From NCBI GenBank assembly GCA_963737655.1, contig CAVTTN010000002.1, positions 6,464,001-6,528,000 of the forward strand: a stretch of 64,000 nucleotides of DNA, in the 5' to 3' direction. The translations under genes and the position numbers were made by a program. Below are positions 62,954 to 64,000 of this stretch, in pieces. The notes under the pieces were generated by a model. The model saw nothing but the letters and a program-made list of their open reading frames with translations. It did not search any database and was not told the DNA's origin. Numbering within the stretch: position 1 is the first letter of the stretch; the number at the start of each line of letters is the position of its first letter. Source of the DNA: an uncultured Planctomycetota bacterium. GTDB lineage: Bacteria; Planctomycetota; Planctomycetia; Isosphaerales; Isosphaeraceae.

Positions 62954-64000
62954 TCAGGCCACCTCCAGGCCGGTCATCGTGCTTGTCGAGGGGCCGAAGC
63001 CGGCTTCCTCGATCCCCATCCTCCGGAGCATGGAGACGAACAGGTTCGGCAGCGGGTAGTTGCGTCCGCGGTCGAAGGCCAGGTGCTGGCCGTGGCGGAA
63101 GCCGCCGCCGGCGATCAGGGTCGGCAGGTTCGTCGTCGAGTGCGCGTTCGCGTCGCCGAGATTGGAGCCGTAGAGGACCATCGTGCGGTCGAGCAGCGCC
63201 TCGCCGTCTTCCCGGGCGGACTTCAGGCCCTTGAACAGGTCGGCGAGCAGCTTCATGTGCCATTCGTCGATGGTCTTGAGCTGCGTCAGCTTCTCCTCGG
63301 CCATCCCGTGGTGCGAGAGGTTGTGATAGCTGTCGGTGATCGTCGCGCCGGGGATCTGCACGACGGGCGTGCCGACGCTGTTGAGCATCAGCGTGATCGC
63401 GCGGGTCGAATCGGTCTCGAAGGCGAGGCGCGCGAGGTCGTACATGACCTGCACCCTGGCCATGTACTGGGCCGGGCTGGCCGGGTCGGTCGGCGGGCTG
63501 GCCTTGACCTTCGGCTTGGGCTTCTCGGCCCAGCCTCGCGACTCCTGGAGCCGGTGCTCCAGGTCGCGGACCCCCGAATAATACTGGTCGAGCCGGGCCC
63601 GATCGCGGGCGCCCACGCCCCGCCGAAGGTCCCTGGCCTGCTCGGCGACCGCGTCCAGGATGCTCCGCCCCGCGTCGATCTCGCGGATCTGCCGCTCGAT
63701 CTCGGCGGGCGTCCCTTGCAGGAAGAGCTGCTTGAACACCCCGGACGCCTGGCCCTCCGGCGGGATCGCGACGCCCGTCCGCGTCCACGACAGGCCGCGG
63801 CCGCCGTTGACCGCCAGGGTGAGCGACGGGAACCTCGTCAGCGTGCCGATCCTTTCGGCCACGAGCTGGTCGAGCGAGATCGAGTTCCGGAACGAGCTGC
63901 TGGCCGGGTGAGGGGCCGCGGTGAGGAAGCAGATGTCCGACGGATGGCCGCCGTCCACGAACGGGTGGGACACGCCGCTGAGCACGGTGAAGTCCGCGCG
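62954..64000 (-). CDS. DUF1552 domain protein (5' end outside window)
   Basis: [46 protein letters not shown]. Confidence 0.92.
   Translation of the reverse strand, partial: RADFTVLSGVSHPFVDGGHPSDICFLTAAPHPASSSFRNSISLDQLVAERIGTLTRFPSLTLAVNGGRGLSWTRTGVAIPPEGQASGVFKQLFLQGTPAEIERQIREIDAGRSILDAVAEQARDLRRGVGARDRARLDQYYSGVRDLEHRLQESRGWAEKPKPKVKASPPTDPASPAQYMARVQVMYDLARLAFETDSTRAITLMLNSVGTPVVQIPGATITDSYHNLSHHGMAEEKLTQLKTIDEWHMKLLADLFKGLKSAREDGEALLDRTMVLYGSNLGDANAHSTTNLPTLIAGGGFRHGQHLAFDRGRNYPLPNLFVSMLRRMGIEEAGFGPSTSTMTGLEVA

Overview
High-GC chromosomal window, almost certainly from a planctomycete (Isosphaeraceae-like). The markers are DUF1501, PSD1/cytochrome c, DUF1552, DUF4058 and proteins with the planctomycete extracellular 'LExRxLL' motif. 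Core genes: a PTS cluster (IIA, HPr, EI) running into a TIGR03936 protein and RNase E/G, plus rplU, class II ribonucleotide reductase, polX, a sigma-70 factor, rpsA, cmk, plsC and tRNA-Val(TAC). Accessory content: secreted proteins, a five-gene alkaline-phosphatase-superfamily/sulfatase-like cluster, orphan antitoxin-like genes, glycoside hydrolases, and a ~9.6 kb integrase-less island at tRNA-Val carrying a ~2,840-aa Ig-repeat adhesin and an IS630 scrap. Most notable observations: (1) the far boundary of the island is the 3' half of a different tRNA-Val isoacceptor (CAC), suggesting integration swapped the tRNA's 3' half and possibly its anticodon; (2) an apparently decayed hpf gene leads the PTS operon; (3) RNase E has a ~570-aa disordered insertion inside its S1 domain; (4) several unrelated REP/REPIN-like families occur, one enclosing a palindromic minisatellite; (5) the AlkP cluster has Thr nucleophiles and a membrane peptide joined in-frame across a TGA. 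About eleven frameshifts, including in rpsA and rne, are most likely assembly indels. I could not establish a complete novel system such as a CRISPR, DGR, retron or defence island. All family assignments are by eye and from recalled motifs, not database searches.
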